A DNA stretch of 32,000 bases from contig NZ_PQWO01000021.1 in assembly GCF_003231495.1 (NCBI RefSeq), positions 30,001 through 62,000 of the forward strand, given 5' to 3'. A model generated the notes under the pieces. That model searched no databases and was not told the DNA's origin. It saw nothing but the letters and a program-made list of their open reading frames with translations. The position numbers and the translations under genes were made by a program. This stretch comes from Acaryochloris thomasi RCC1774. Lineage in GTDB: Bacteria > Cyanobacteriota > Cyanobacteriia > Thermosynechococcales > Thermosynechococcaceae. Positions within the stretch are counted from its first letter, which is position 1, and each line of letters begins with the position of its first letter. Shown in pieces: positions 24,516 to 32,000 of this stretch.

Positions 24516-25322
24516 TTAAGAGCCAATATTTCTGATGGCATCGGAGTTCTTCATTTCGATCCACTTACATCTGATGAGCTGTTGAATCGCCAGCCAGATA
24601 AACGGGGGAATGGTTGATGCATAGCGTCGCCAAAGCCTCCTGGGTTCCTGGCACAGTCGATAGGCCCATTCCAGACCCGAGGTGCGGACCCACTGGGGTG
24701 CGTGTTTGTGAATCCCTGCGTATACCGGAAAGACACCCCCAAGGCCAATCATGGTCGCGTTGATTTTGCCGCGATGCTGAGCAATCCACTGTTCTTGTTT
24801 GGGGCAGCCCAGAGAGACGAACAGCAGCCCCGCCTGAGTCTGATTGATCTGATTGGTTAGGTCTCGATCTTCTCTGGCAGTGAGCGATCGAAAGGGGAGT
24901 GGTTCCATCCCGGCGATCTGCAAAGCAGGGTATTCATTCTCTAGACGGCAGCGCATCTTAGCTAAAATTTGGGTCTGAGACCCCACACAGAAGATACTCA
25001 CGTTTTGGCTCTGAGCTTCTTGACAGAGACCTGTAAAAAGATCCATCCCGGCGACTCGTTCTTGACCGTAAGCACCCAATAACCGCAGCATCCACACCAG
25101 CGGCATCCCGTCTGGCGTCACTAAGTCAGCCGAACGCAAAATTTGCCTGAAGGTATTATTCCAGTGGGCTTCCATCAGCATATGGACGTTGGCAACGCAG
25201 ACAGAGCGACTCATATTCTGCTTAGCCCAGCGAATGATCTGCTGGACGTGCTGATTGAGAGACAGCGCATGAATATCAATGTCAGTAACCGGAATGCGAT
25301 GAGATGCTCTAAATGGAGTCAT
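24516..25322 (-). CDS. WecG/TagA/CpsF-family glycosyltransferase
   Basis: The protein is 268 aa. It has the family motifs VANVHMLMEA, ADLVTPDGMPLVW, and GCPKQEQWI with GVFPVYAG in the C-terminal half. Confidence 0.85.
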   Translation of the reverse strand: MTPFRASHRIPVTDIDIHALSLNQHVQQIIRWAKQNMSRSVCVANVHMLMEAHWNNTFRQILRSADLVTPDGMPLVWMLRLLGAYGQERVAGMDLFTGLCQEAQSQNVSIFCVGSQTQILAKMRCRLENEYPALQIAGMEPLPFRSLTAREDRDLTNQINQTQAGLLFVSLGCPKQEQWIAQHRGKINATMIGLGGVFPVYAGIHKHAPQWVRTSGLEWAYRLCQEPRRLWRRYASTIPPFIWLAIQQLIRCKWIEMKNSDAIRNIGS

Positions 25323-25421
25323 AGTTTTTAGAGGAATTGTGGTTCAGAACCCCTTACATGCAGGAAGAGAGATGCTGTTGCAAGCATGGGTTGACTTGCA
25401 GAGACTCTAAGGCTAGAGGGC

Positions 25422-25685
25422 TTAGCGATTATTGAGATCGCGGCTTACCTTAGGTCTGGCCTTATTTACGGTGAGCGCACGTTCCATCAGCTCGATGCCG
25501 TTGAGGGCTTTGATTGCAGAATCTTCTTTAGCACGTTCCATTTCTACGAAGGCAAAGCCTCTAGAGCGACCGGTCTCTCGGTCTTGGGGAATATGAATAC
25601 CTTTGATGGTTCCATAGTCTGAAAAGACGTTGTTGATATCTGTTGCAGTGGCCTTAAAAGAAAGGTTGCTGATGTAAATTGACAT
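25422..25685 (-). CDS. rbp: RRM-type RNA-binding protein (cyanobacterial Rbp, no Gly-rich tail)
   Basis: ATG at 25685 is preceded by GGAGGA. RNP2 is IYISNL and RNP1 is RGFAFVEM, and the product is 87 aa. The track ORF extending to 25784 is an upstream in-frame artefact. Confidence 0.9.
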   Translation of the reverse strand: MSIYISNLSFKATATDINNVFSDYGTIKGIHIPQDRETGRSRGFAFVEMERAKEDSAIKALNGIELMERALTVNKARPKVSRDLNNR

Positions 25686-25770
25686 GGAGTATTCCTCCAA
25701 AATGAACGGTATTGCGGCCATATGTCTGGCAGCGATAGAAATTTGGGCGATGCCTACTGTCTTTTCTAAG

Positions 25771-25803
25771 AGCCTATGGCTCACTCATGAGGAAGTTGTG
25801 AGG
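25771..25803 (-). promoter_or_regulatory. Copy 3 of the shared module: CCTCACAACTTCCTCA-N11-TAGGCT, upstream of rbp
   Basis: The 16-mer is at 25788-25803 and the TAnnnT hexamer at 25776-25771, with the same 11-nt spacing. It would give an rbp leader of roughly 80 nt. The 16-mer is also bracketed by the 7-bp inverted repeat GCTCACT (25779-25785) / AGTGAGC (25806-25812). Confidence 0.4.
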
Positions 25804-26118
25804 AAAGTGAGCGATGTCGTTGATTTCTTAGAATGCAAAGTCCAGGGGCATTAAAGCTCTTGTATATTTGGCATCAACATCCGTTTTGTTGAATTATTCG
25901 TCACCAATACTGGGAATATACAAGCGGAAAACGGGTATACAATTCAGGGGGAGCAATAACTGTCACGACTGACCTTGAAGGGGGCTGGCAGGTTGCCTAA
26001 CGATATTTACTAAATATTTAGCGTAAAACCACATATTTAGACTTCTAGCCGTTCTTGGTTTCTTCACAACTGCCAATCATACTTTTAGGCTCCCGCTTTT
26101 CCTCACTGTTCGGTAATA

Positions 26119-29100
26119 ATGCAGCAAATCCTAACTGTCTCGTTAGAGCAGGCGCTTGACCGCTCTCCTCTAGTGGTTTCGCCTCATACACCGCTGGCAG
26201 ACGTTATCGACCTAATGAGTCAGGCGTCGAGTCGTCATCAAACCCGAATCCAAGAAACGGTTGCTTCTGACCTTGAACCGATGACAGAGCGGCAGACCAG
26301 TTGTGCGCTCGTACTGGACCATTCTCGACTGGTGGGCATTCTTACTGAACGAGATATTGTCAGACTGATTGCCGACTATAGATCGCTAGCAGATCTCACC
26401 GTTGCTGATGTGATGACGCGGGAGGTCTTTACCCTACAGCTTGCGGATGATCTGGATGTTTTTGCGGTTTTAGACCGAATGCGGCGGCATCAGATTCGGC
26501 ATTTGCCGGTTGTGGATCAGCAAGGAGAGGTTCTGGGACTGCTGACGCCGAGAAGTTTACGGAATCTGCTGCAGCCTGCTGATGTCATGAGATTTCGGAA
26601 GGTTCATGAGGTGATGAACTTAAATGTGATTCACGCTGTACCAACTTGCTCAGTGCATCAGATCACTCAAATGATGGTGCAGCATCGAGTAAGCTGCGTC
26701 GTGATTATAGAGTCAGAAGGATCGTCCGATTCACTTCGCCCAGTGGGAATCGTGACTGAGCGAGACATTGTTCAGTTCCAGCGACTGGGGCTGAATCTAG
26801 TGCAAACTCAGGCTGAGGAAGTCATGAGTACGCCCCTTTCTTTGGTGCGTCCAGAGGATTCTCTATGGACGGTGCATCAAATGATGCAGCATCACAGAGT
26901 CCGGCGGCTCGTGGTGGCGAATGAACAGGACATGTTGCAGGGGATCGTGACCCAGAGTAATCTGCTACCGATGGACCCGGCGGAGATGTATGAGATGCTA
27001 AATCTGCTTCAGCAACAGGTCTGTCAGTTAGAGATTCAAAACCGTGATCTGCTCCAACAACGAAATCAGGAATTAGAGCAGGTGGTTGAAGAGCGAACCG
27101 CTAAGCTGCAGCGTCGTGAACAAATACTTAAGAGCTTGGCGCTGGAGGTGTCGGCAGACACGGGTGAAGACTTTTTGAGATCGCAACTCCCCCAGCTCAC
27201 CGAAGCCCTGCAGGTCGATTACGCCCACATCGGTCGGCTTTGCGATGACGGCAGCATTCAAACCCTTGCAGCGTTTGGTAATGGGCAAATTCAACCCAAT
27301 TTTGAATACGCTTTAGCGGGGACACCCTGCGAGGATGTGATTACTCAAAAAGCCTGTATTCATCACCAGGGGGTACAAGCTCTGTTCCCCGACGATCCAA
27401 TGCTTCGGGATGATCAAATTGAAGGGTACTTCGGTACCCCGCTACTCAACACAGCGGGCCAGGTGATGGGACTCATTGTGGCGTTAAGCCGTCAGCCCCA
27501 GTCAGATTTGGACCTGATAGAGGAGGGACTGACAGCCTTTGCGATTTGGACTAGTGCTGAGCTAGAGCGCCAAGAGGCCGAAAGCGAACGTCAGCGCTTT
27601 TTCACATTGTCCTTAGATCTGCTTTGTGTGGCAGGTTTAGATGGCTATTTCAAACAGATAAACCCAGCCTTTGAGCGCATTTTGGGCTATTCAGACGCAG
27701 AACTGATGGCTGAGCCTTTTCTTGATTTTGTTCATCCTGACGATAGAGCAGCAACGCTACAGGAAATGGAACAGCTAGGGAGCGGTGTTGACACCATCGC
27801 CTTTGAGAATCGGTACCGCTGTCAAGACGGCTCCTATCGCTGGTTTCTTTGGAATACCACGCCTGATCTAGAACAGAAACTCCTCTATGCCACCGCCCGC
27901 GATATCACCGATCGCAAGCAGATGGAACAGTCACTAGTTCAGAAGGCTAAGCAACAGGCGACCGTGGCTAAATTGGGGCAGTTGGCCTTGGCTTCTAAAG
28001 ATCTCGATCAGTTGATGGACGAAGTGGTAGTTGAGATCGCATCCACTCTAGACGTTGAGTACTGCAAAGTTCTGAAACTTCTACCGGATGGAGAATCGAT
28101 GCTCCTGAAGGCCGGTGTGGGCTGGCAAGCAGGGTTAGTAGGGCAGGCGGTGATCGGCACAGATGCAGACTCCCAAGCGGGCTACACGCTACGGAGTGAC
28201 CATCCGGTGATTGTTGCAAATCTGCAGACCGAAACCCGGTTTAGCGGTCCCCCTCTACTGATCAAACACAATGTGATCAGCGGCATGAGCGTGATTGTTC
28301 AAGGTCAGCACAAAATCTACGGCGTGATCGGCGCTCACACAGTCAAGCACCGTCTCTTTAGTCAAAATGACATTGATTTCTTGCAGTCCGTGGCGAATTT
28401 GTTGTCTCAGACCCTTGAGCGGGTGCAAGCCGATCAGATTGTTCGGCAAAGTGAAGCAAACTATCGTACCCTGACCGAGAATCTGCCGGGGATCGTCTAT
28501 CGGGTGTTTCCTGAAGAGCAACACGGGATGGTATTTCTCAACAATCAGTGTCAGACGCTGACGGGGTACAGCACTGAAGAATTATCGAGCGGTGAAGTTT
28601 GTTCCATCGATCCGCTGATCGTGCCAGAAGATCGGCCCCATGTCATTGCCACCGTAAAAAAGGCAGTTGCTCATCAGATGCCGTTCTTGGTCGAGTACCG
28701 CATCAAGGATCGTGCTGACAACATCCGCTATTTTTGGGAAAAGGGACAGCCGATCCCTGCGAGAGAGAGTCAGCCCCCTTACATTGATGGCGTCATTTTT
28801 GATGTGACAGAGCGAAAGCAGGCAGAACTGGCTCAACTCGAAAGCCAAGAGCGTCTCAATAGCATTCTTAGTTCTCTCCAGGATGCGATCTGGTCTATAG
28901 CGTCAGATACCTCTGAGGTGCTGTATCTCAGCCCTGCCGCCGAAACCATTTATGATCGTCCGAGGACTGAGTTTTATGAAACATCAAAACTTTGGGAGCA
29001 GGTGGTTCATCCTGAGGATCGAGATCGATTCAAAGACTCTGATCAAGTCTTGCGAGAGACCGGCAGCGCTGAATGTGAGTATCGGATCGTTCGACCAGAT

Positions 29101-30717
29101 GGGACGGTTCGCTGGCTCAGGGAAAGAGCCAAGGTGATCTATGACGCAGATGGGGGTCCAATACGGATGGATGGTGTGGTTACAGACATCACCGATCGCA
29201 AACAGGCCCAACTCCAGGTTCGAGAACAGGCTGCCCTTCTGGATGTTGCCACGGATGCCATTTTAGTTCGGTCCATGGACGACGAGATCAAGTTCTGGAA
29301 TCAAGGTGCGACAAAAATTTACGGTTGGACTGAGGAAGAAGCCCTTGGACAAAATGCCAACCAATTGTTATATTCCGAGACTGTTGACGGAGAAGAATTG
29401 ATTCAGGCTGATTTGCAGCGATTGGGTAGCTGGCAAGGCGAACGCAAACAAGTGACGAAAGTGGGTCAAGAGATCACCGTCATGAGTCGATGGACCCTCG
29501 TGCAAGACGATCAAGAAAACCCCAGATTCATCCTGACCGTCAATACCGATATCACCACGCAAAAGCAGCTCGAAGCCCAGTTTTTGCGTGCCCAGCGTCT
29601 AGAGAGTATCGGCACCCTCGCCAGCGGTATTGCCCACGACCTCAACAATATTTTGACCCCTATCTATGGTGTGGCCCAACTTTTACCGCTGCTGCTGCCC
29701 AATGCCAGCGAGCAGATTCAGCATCAGTTTGAGATTATTCAAAAAAGCTCTAAGCGGGGCACCGATATTATTGAGCAGGTGCTCTCTTTTTCGAGAGGGG
29801 CTGAAGGCGATCGCACTGCCCTCAATGTCAAACATTTAATCTCAGAAATTAGAACTTTCGTCCACCGCACCTTCCCGAAGTCTCTAGAGATGTCGGTCAA
29901 TATTGCGGACGAACTCTGGTCTGTTAAAGGGGATGCAACCCAGCTCTATCAGGTGTTGATGAATCTGTTTGTCAATGCCCGTGATGCGATGCCTGAGGGG
30001 GGCACTTTAACCGTAACGGCTCAGAATCTCAATATGGATCAGGCGTTGGCAACAGGCCATATTGAGGCTCAGGTCGGAGCCTACATTAAAGTCACCGTTG
30101 CTGATACAGGGATCGGCATCCCCATCGAGCAGCAGGAACACATCTTCGAGCCATTTTTCTCGACTAAACAAGCGACGGGAGGGACAGGCTTGGGCCTCTC
30201 CACGGTCTACAGCATTATTCAAAGCCACGGTGGATTCATCACCGTGGACAGCAAGGTGAACAAAGGAACTCTATTCAGTGTGTATCTGCCTGCAATTGAA
30301 GCTGAAGAAGGGATTGAAGCAGAGGCAACGAACCTGCCGTCGGGGAAAGGGGAGCTGATTTTGGTGGTGGATGATGAGGCTCCGATTCGAGACGTGACTC
30401 GAAGTGTTTTAGAGCAGTATAACTACCGGGCGTTGGTCGCGGCAGATGGGGTGGATGCGATCGCTCAGTATGCCGAACACAAAACAGAAATCAATGTTGT
30501 TCTGATGGATATGAACATGCCTGCTTTAGATGGGGCAACAACCATCCGCACGATGCAGAAAATCAATCCTCAACTTCGCGTCATTATTGTGAGTGGTTCG
30601 CCCATCGATGAACAGATCACCGTATCCATTGGAGAGAGCATCAAAGGCTTGCTACAGAAACCATATTCCGCTGAAGCGCTGCTACAAACATTACAGGGTG
30701 TGCTAGAGGCCAAATGA
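26119..30717 (+). CDS. Multi-sensor hybrid histidine kinase: 4xCBS - coiled coil - GAF - PAS - GAF - 3xPAS - HisKA - HATPase_c - REC
   Basis: The protein is 1532 aa.
- Four CBS repeats span aa ~20-290 (e.g. LVGILTERDIVR, VLGLLTPRSLR, PVGIVTERDIVQ, LQGIVTQSNLL).
- PAS/PAC blocks end in DITDRKQ / DVTERKQ / DITDRKQ / DITTQKQ.
- The H-box is ASGIAHDLNNILTPI, with the His codon at 29635-29637.
- The N/G boxes are NLFVNARDAM and DTGIGI...GGTGLGLS.
- The receiver is LVVDDE...VLMDMNMPALDG, with the Asp codon at 30508-30510. Confidence 0.9.
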   Translation: MQQILTVSLEQALDRSPLVVSPHTPLADVIDLMSQASSRHQTRIQETVASDLEPMTERQTSCALVLDHSRLVGILTERDIVRLIADYRSLADLTVADVMTREVFTLQLADDLDVFAVLDRMRRHQIRHLPVVDQQGEVLGLLTPRSLRNLLQPADVMRFRKVHEVMNLNVIHAVPTCSVHQITQMMVQHRVSCVVIIESEGSSDSLRPVGIVTERDIVQFQRLGLNLVQTQAEEVMSTPLSLVRPEDSLWTVHQMMQHHRVRRLVVANEQDMLQGIVTQSNLLPMDPAEMYEMLNLLQQQVCQLEIQNRDLLQQRNQELEQVVEERTAKLQRREQILKSLALEVSADTGEDFLRSQLPQLTEALQVDYAHIGRLCDDGSIQTLAAFGNGQIQPNFEYALAGTPCEDVITQKACIHHQGVQALFPDDPMLRDDQIEGYFGTPLLNTAGQVMGLIVALSRQPQSDLDLIEEGLTAFAIWTSAELERQEAESERQRFFTLSLDLLCVAGLDGYFKQINPAFERILGYSDAELMAEPFLDFVHPDDRAATLQEMEQLGSGVDTIAFENRYRCQDGSYRWFLWNTTPDLEQKLLYATARDITDRKQMEQSLVQKAKQQATVAKLGQLALASKDLDQLMDEVVVEIASTLDVEYCKVLKLLPDGESMLLKAGVGWQAGLVGQAVIGTDADSQAGYTLRSDHPVIVANLQTETRFSGPPLLIKHNVISGMSVIVQGQHKIYGVIGAHTVKHRLFSQNDIDFLQSVANLLSQTLERVQADQIVRQSEANYRTLTENLPGIVYRVFPEEQHGMVFLNNQCQTLTGYSTEELSSGEVCSIDPLIVPEDRPHVIATVKKAVAHQMPFLVEYRIKDRADNIRYFWEKGQPIPARESQPPYIDGVIFDVTERKQAELAQLESQERLNSILSSLQDAIWSIASDTSEVLYLSPAAETIYDRPRTEFYETSKLWEQVVHPEDRDRFKDSDQVLRETGSAECEYRIVRPDGTVRWLRERAKVIYDADGGPIRMDGVVTDITDRKQAQLQVREQAALLDVATDAILVRSMDDEIKFWNQGATKIYGWTEEEALGQNANQLLYSETVDGEELIQADLQRLGSWQGERKQVTKVGQEITVMSRWTLVQDDQENPRFILTVNTDITTQKQLEAQFLRAQRLESIGTLASGIAHDLNNILTPIYGVAQLLPLLLPNASEQIQHQFEIIQKSSKRGTDIIEQVLSFSRGAEGDRTALNVKHLISEIRTFVHRTFPKSLEMSVNIADELWSVKGDATQLYQVLMNLFVNARDAMPEGGTLTVTAQNLNMDQALATGHIEAQVGAYIKVTVADTGIGIPIEQQEHIFEPFFSTKQATGGTGLGLSTVYSIIQSHGGFITVDSKVNKGTLFSVYLPAIEAEEGIEAEATNLPSGKGELILVVDDEAPIRDVTRSVLEQYNYRALVAADGVDAIAQYAEHKTEINVVLMDMNMPALDGATTIRTMQKINPQLRVIIVSGSPIDEQITVSIGESIKGLLQKPYSAEALLQTLQGVLEAK

Positions 30718-30933
30718 GTGCATTACTAACGAGGAACAGCAGTCAACCAACGAAAAACTCCAAACGATGGGCATAGAGATTCAAGCTTTTTTGTCTAAAC
30801 CACACAGGGCTTAAACACAATTCCATACTCTACAGAGCGTTCTCAATGGTACTCAATATCCTCCAAGATAGGGGGGGATGAGTTCCTTTTTTGGAGGATA
30901 AGTGCAAGGATATTATTTCTGCAAGCGGTCTAA

Positions 30934-31467
30934 TCAGTGAAGTCCCCAAGATCGCCAGCGGTGAGGCGTCCCTGTGTTCGCACTTTGACTACAAACCGCC
31001 AACGGTTGGCGATCAGCGCCCTGATATTGGGCACCGTCTAAATGAGTGTTCTCCATGCAAGCGCCCTCGAAATTGACGTTACATAAGTTGGAACCACTAA
31101 AATCTACGGCGTCAAGGTTTGTGCCACCGAGATCTGCTCCCTCTAGATCTGCACTGCGAAGATCAGCCTGCGTCAGATCAGCACCTACCAAAGAGGCACT
31201 CCGCAGATCAGCGCCAATTAAGTTGACATTCTGTAATTTGGCACCGCTCAAGTCTGCTCCTCTGAGATCAGTATTGGTCAAATTGGCTTGATTCAGGTTG
31301 GCTCGACTCAAATCGGCACCGTTTAAATTGGCACCGCTCAAGTCTGCCTGACTCAAATTGATGCCGCTGAAGGCCAGAGATTCCAGGTTCATTCCATGCA
31401 ATCTAATCCCAGAAAAATCTCGATAGCCTTGATTATAATCGTGCAATAGCTTTTGAATAATACTCAT
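30934..31467 (-). CDS. Pentapeptide-repeat protein
   Basis: The protein is 177 aa. About 25 consecutive A(D/N)LxX pentapeptides are present (ADLSGANLNGADLSRANLNQANLTNTDLRGADLSGAKL...). The last ~35 aa form a non-repeat tail. Confidence 0.9.
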   Translation of the reverse strand: MSIIQKLLHDYNQGYRDFSGIRLHGMNLESLAFSGINLSQADLSGANLNGADLSRANLNQANLTNTDLRGADLSGAKLQNVNLIGADLRSASLVGADLTQADLRSADLEGADLGGTNLDAVDFSGSNLCNVNFEGACMENTHLDGAQYQGADRQPLAVCSQSANTGTPHRWRSWGLH

Positions 31468-31554
31468 CGTTTTCTCCTGTTACTTACCTTATTAATCTCG
31501 TTCTAGCCAATCAAAGATTAGGGTCAACTGCTCTAAGGTCACTAATCCGTTGAG

Positions 31555-31914
31555 CTACAGCGAGACTAATAAGGGGTCATAGTTTCGCTGACTTGATTTG
31601 GCTGCAACTGTAATGACAGTGGGCGAGAAATTTAAATCATTTTGCAGAAAGTGATGAAACTGAGGATGGTTTACAAATATCACTGGCCCAGACTGCACTA
31701 AGACTTTCCTTTTAGCAAATAAATTTGTGGAACTTGTGAGGATAATCTGGCACTTCGTCACAGGTCTCACAAACTTTTTTCGCAGGTTAGAGATCAGATC
31801 AAGACAGCAATACTGCTGCGAAAGATGCATTTTAGGGAGAGTACTGATGCATGTTTTTTGCCCCTTTGATGGTGTAGCCTGCATCGTGATCAAGCTTCTC
31901 GCTTTGGTCCTCAT
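31555..31914 (-). CDS. Hypothetical ORF in AT-rich window end
   Basis: Only the open frame supports this call. The product is basic and Cys-containing with no motif I recognise. A competing plus-strand ORF (31727-31957) overlaps it. Confidence 0.25.
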   Translation of the reverse strand: MRTKARSLITMQATPSKGQKTCISTLPKMHLSQQYCCLDLISNLRKKFVRPVTKCQIILTSSTNLFAKRKVLVQSGPVIFVNHPQFHHFLQNDLNFSPTVITVAAKSSQRNYDPLLVSL

Positions 31915-32000
31915 CGTTCTGCTGTGGTGGATGTATCAATCACCTACTGTTGCCTAAACAGAGTTTCCCATTATCAGTATTCAAAACCAAACGCTCTAAG

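Noticed and set aside
25331-25342. GAGGAATTGTGG, a 16-mer-like core directly upstream of the WecG/TagA start
   Set aside because: One base is deleted relative to the motif and the flanks differ. It lies only 9 nt from the start codon, so it cannot act as the same promoter module.
22233-25857. Tiny plus-strand ORFs starting at the GTG inside each 16-mer copy (GAGGAA-N3-GTG looks like SD plus start)
   Set aside because: The resulting peptides (14, 8 and 18 aa) share no sequence beyond the motif itself. Conservation is at the nucleotide level upstream of the GTG, which argues for a regulatory element rather than a coding one.
30934-31467. 15-nt periodicity in the DNA that might suggest a repeat array or CRISPR-like structure
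   Set aside because: The periodicity is the coding consequence of A(D/N)LxX pentapeptide repeats. There are no conserved direct repeats separated by unique spacers.
31727-31957. 76-aa plus-strand ORF at the window end
   Set aside because: It competes with the equally weak minus-strand ORF at 31555-31914. Neither has motifs. The region is AT-rich and the window ends before context can help.

Overview
The window looks like cyanobacterial chromosome. I located at least two dozen exact copies of the HIP1 octamer GCGATCGC by eye. It is densely coding on both strands, with about 30 protein genes. I recognised no rRNA, tRNA, CRISPR array, transposase or integrase.

Genes I can recognise, in order:
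- a partial CPBP intramembrane protease, a cNMP-binding protein and a Tat-signal nitroreductase-family flavoprotein;
- a DUF1971-like protein;
- an ornithine-cyclodeaminase/mu-crystallin gene divergent from a translationally coupled three-gene flavoenzyme set with HcnABC / opine-oxidase / D-hydroxyproline-dehydrogenase-like architecture;
- a decayed GNAT acetyltransferase with an in-frame TAG plus a frameshift;
- plastid-terminal-oxidase-type di-iron oxidase (PTOX), a type II P-type cation ATPase and a CCA/poly(A) nucleotidyltransferase;
- a group-2-like sigma-70 factor and glycogen phosphorylase;
- TPR, outer-membrane-like and CopD-like proteins;
- a minus-strand string of a WecG/TagA glycosyltransferase, a coiled-coil membrane protein, a divergent MreB paralogue and a small unknown protein;
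- an RRM RNA-binding protein, a 1532-aa CBS-GAF-PAS hybrid histidine kinase and a pentapeptide-repeat protein.

The most interesting non-annotated signal is a near-identical 16-mer. In three intergenic regions it is followed, after exactly 11 nt, by a TAnnnT hexamer, which looks like a shared promoter or operator module. The other notable points are the three-component flavoenzyme plus OCD cluster, the orphan MreB-like cluster, and a 417-nt structured non-coding gap.

All calls rest on reading the sequence and the supplied translations. No database searches were run.
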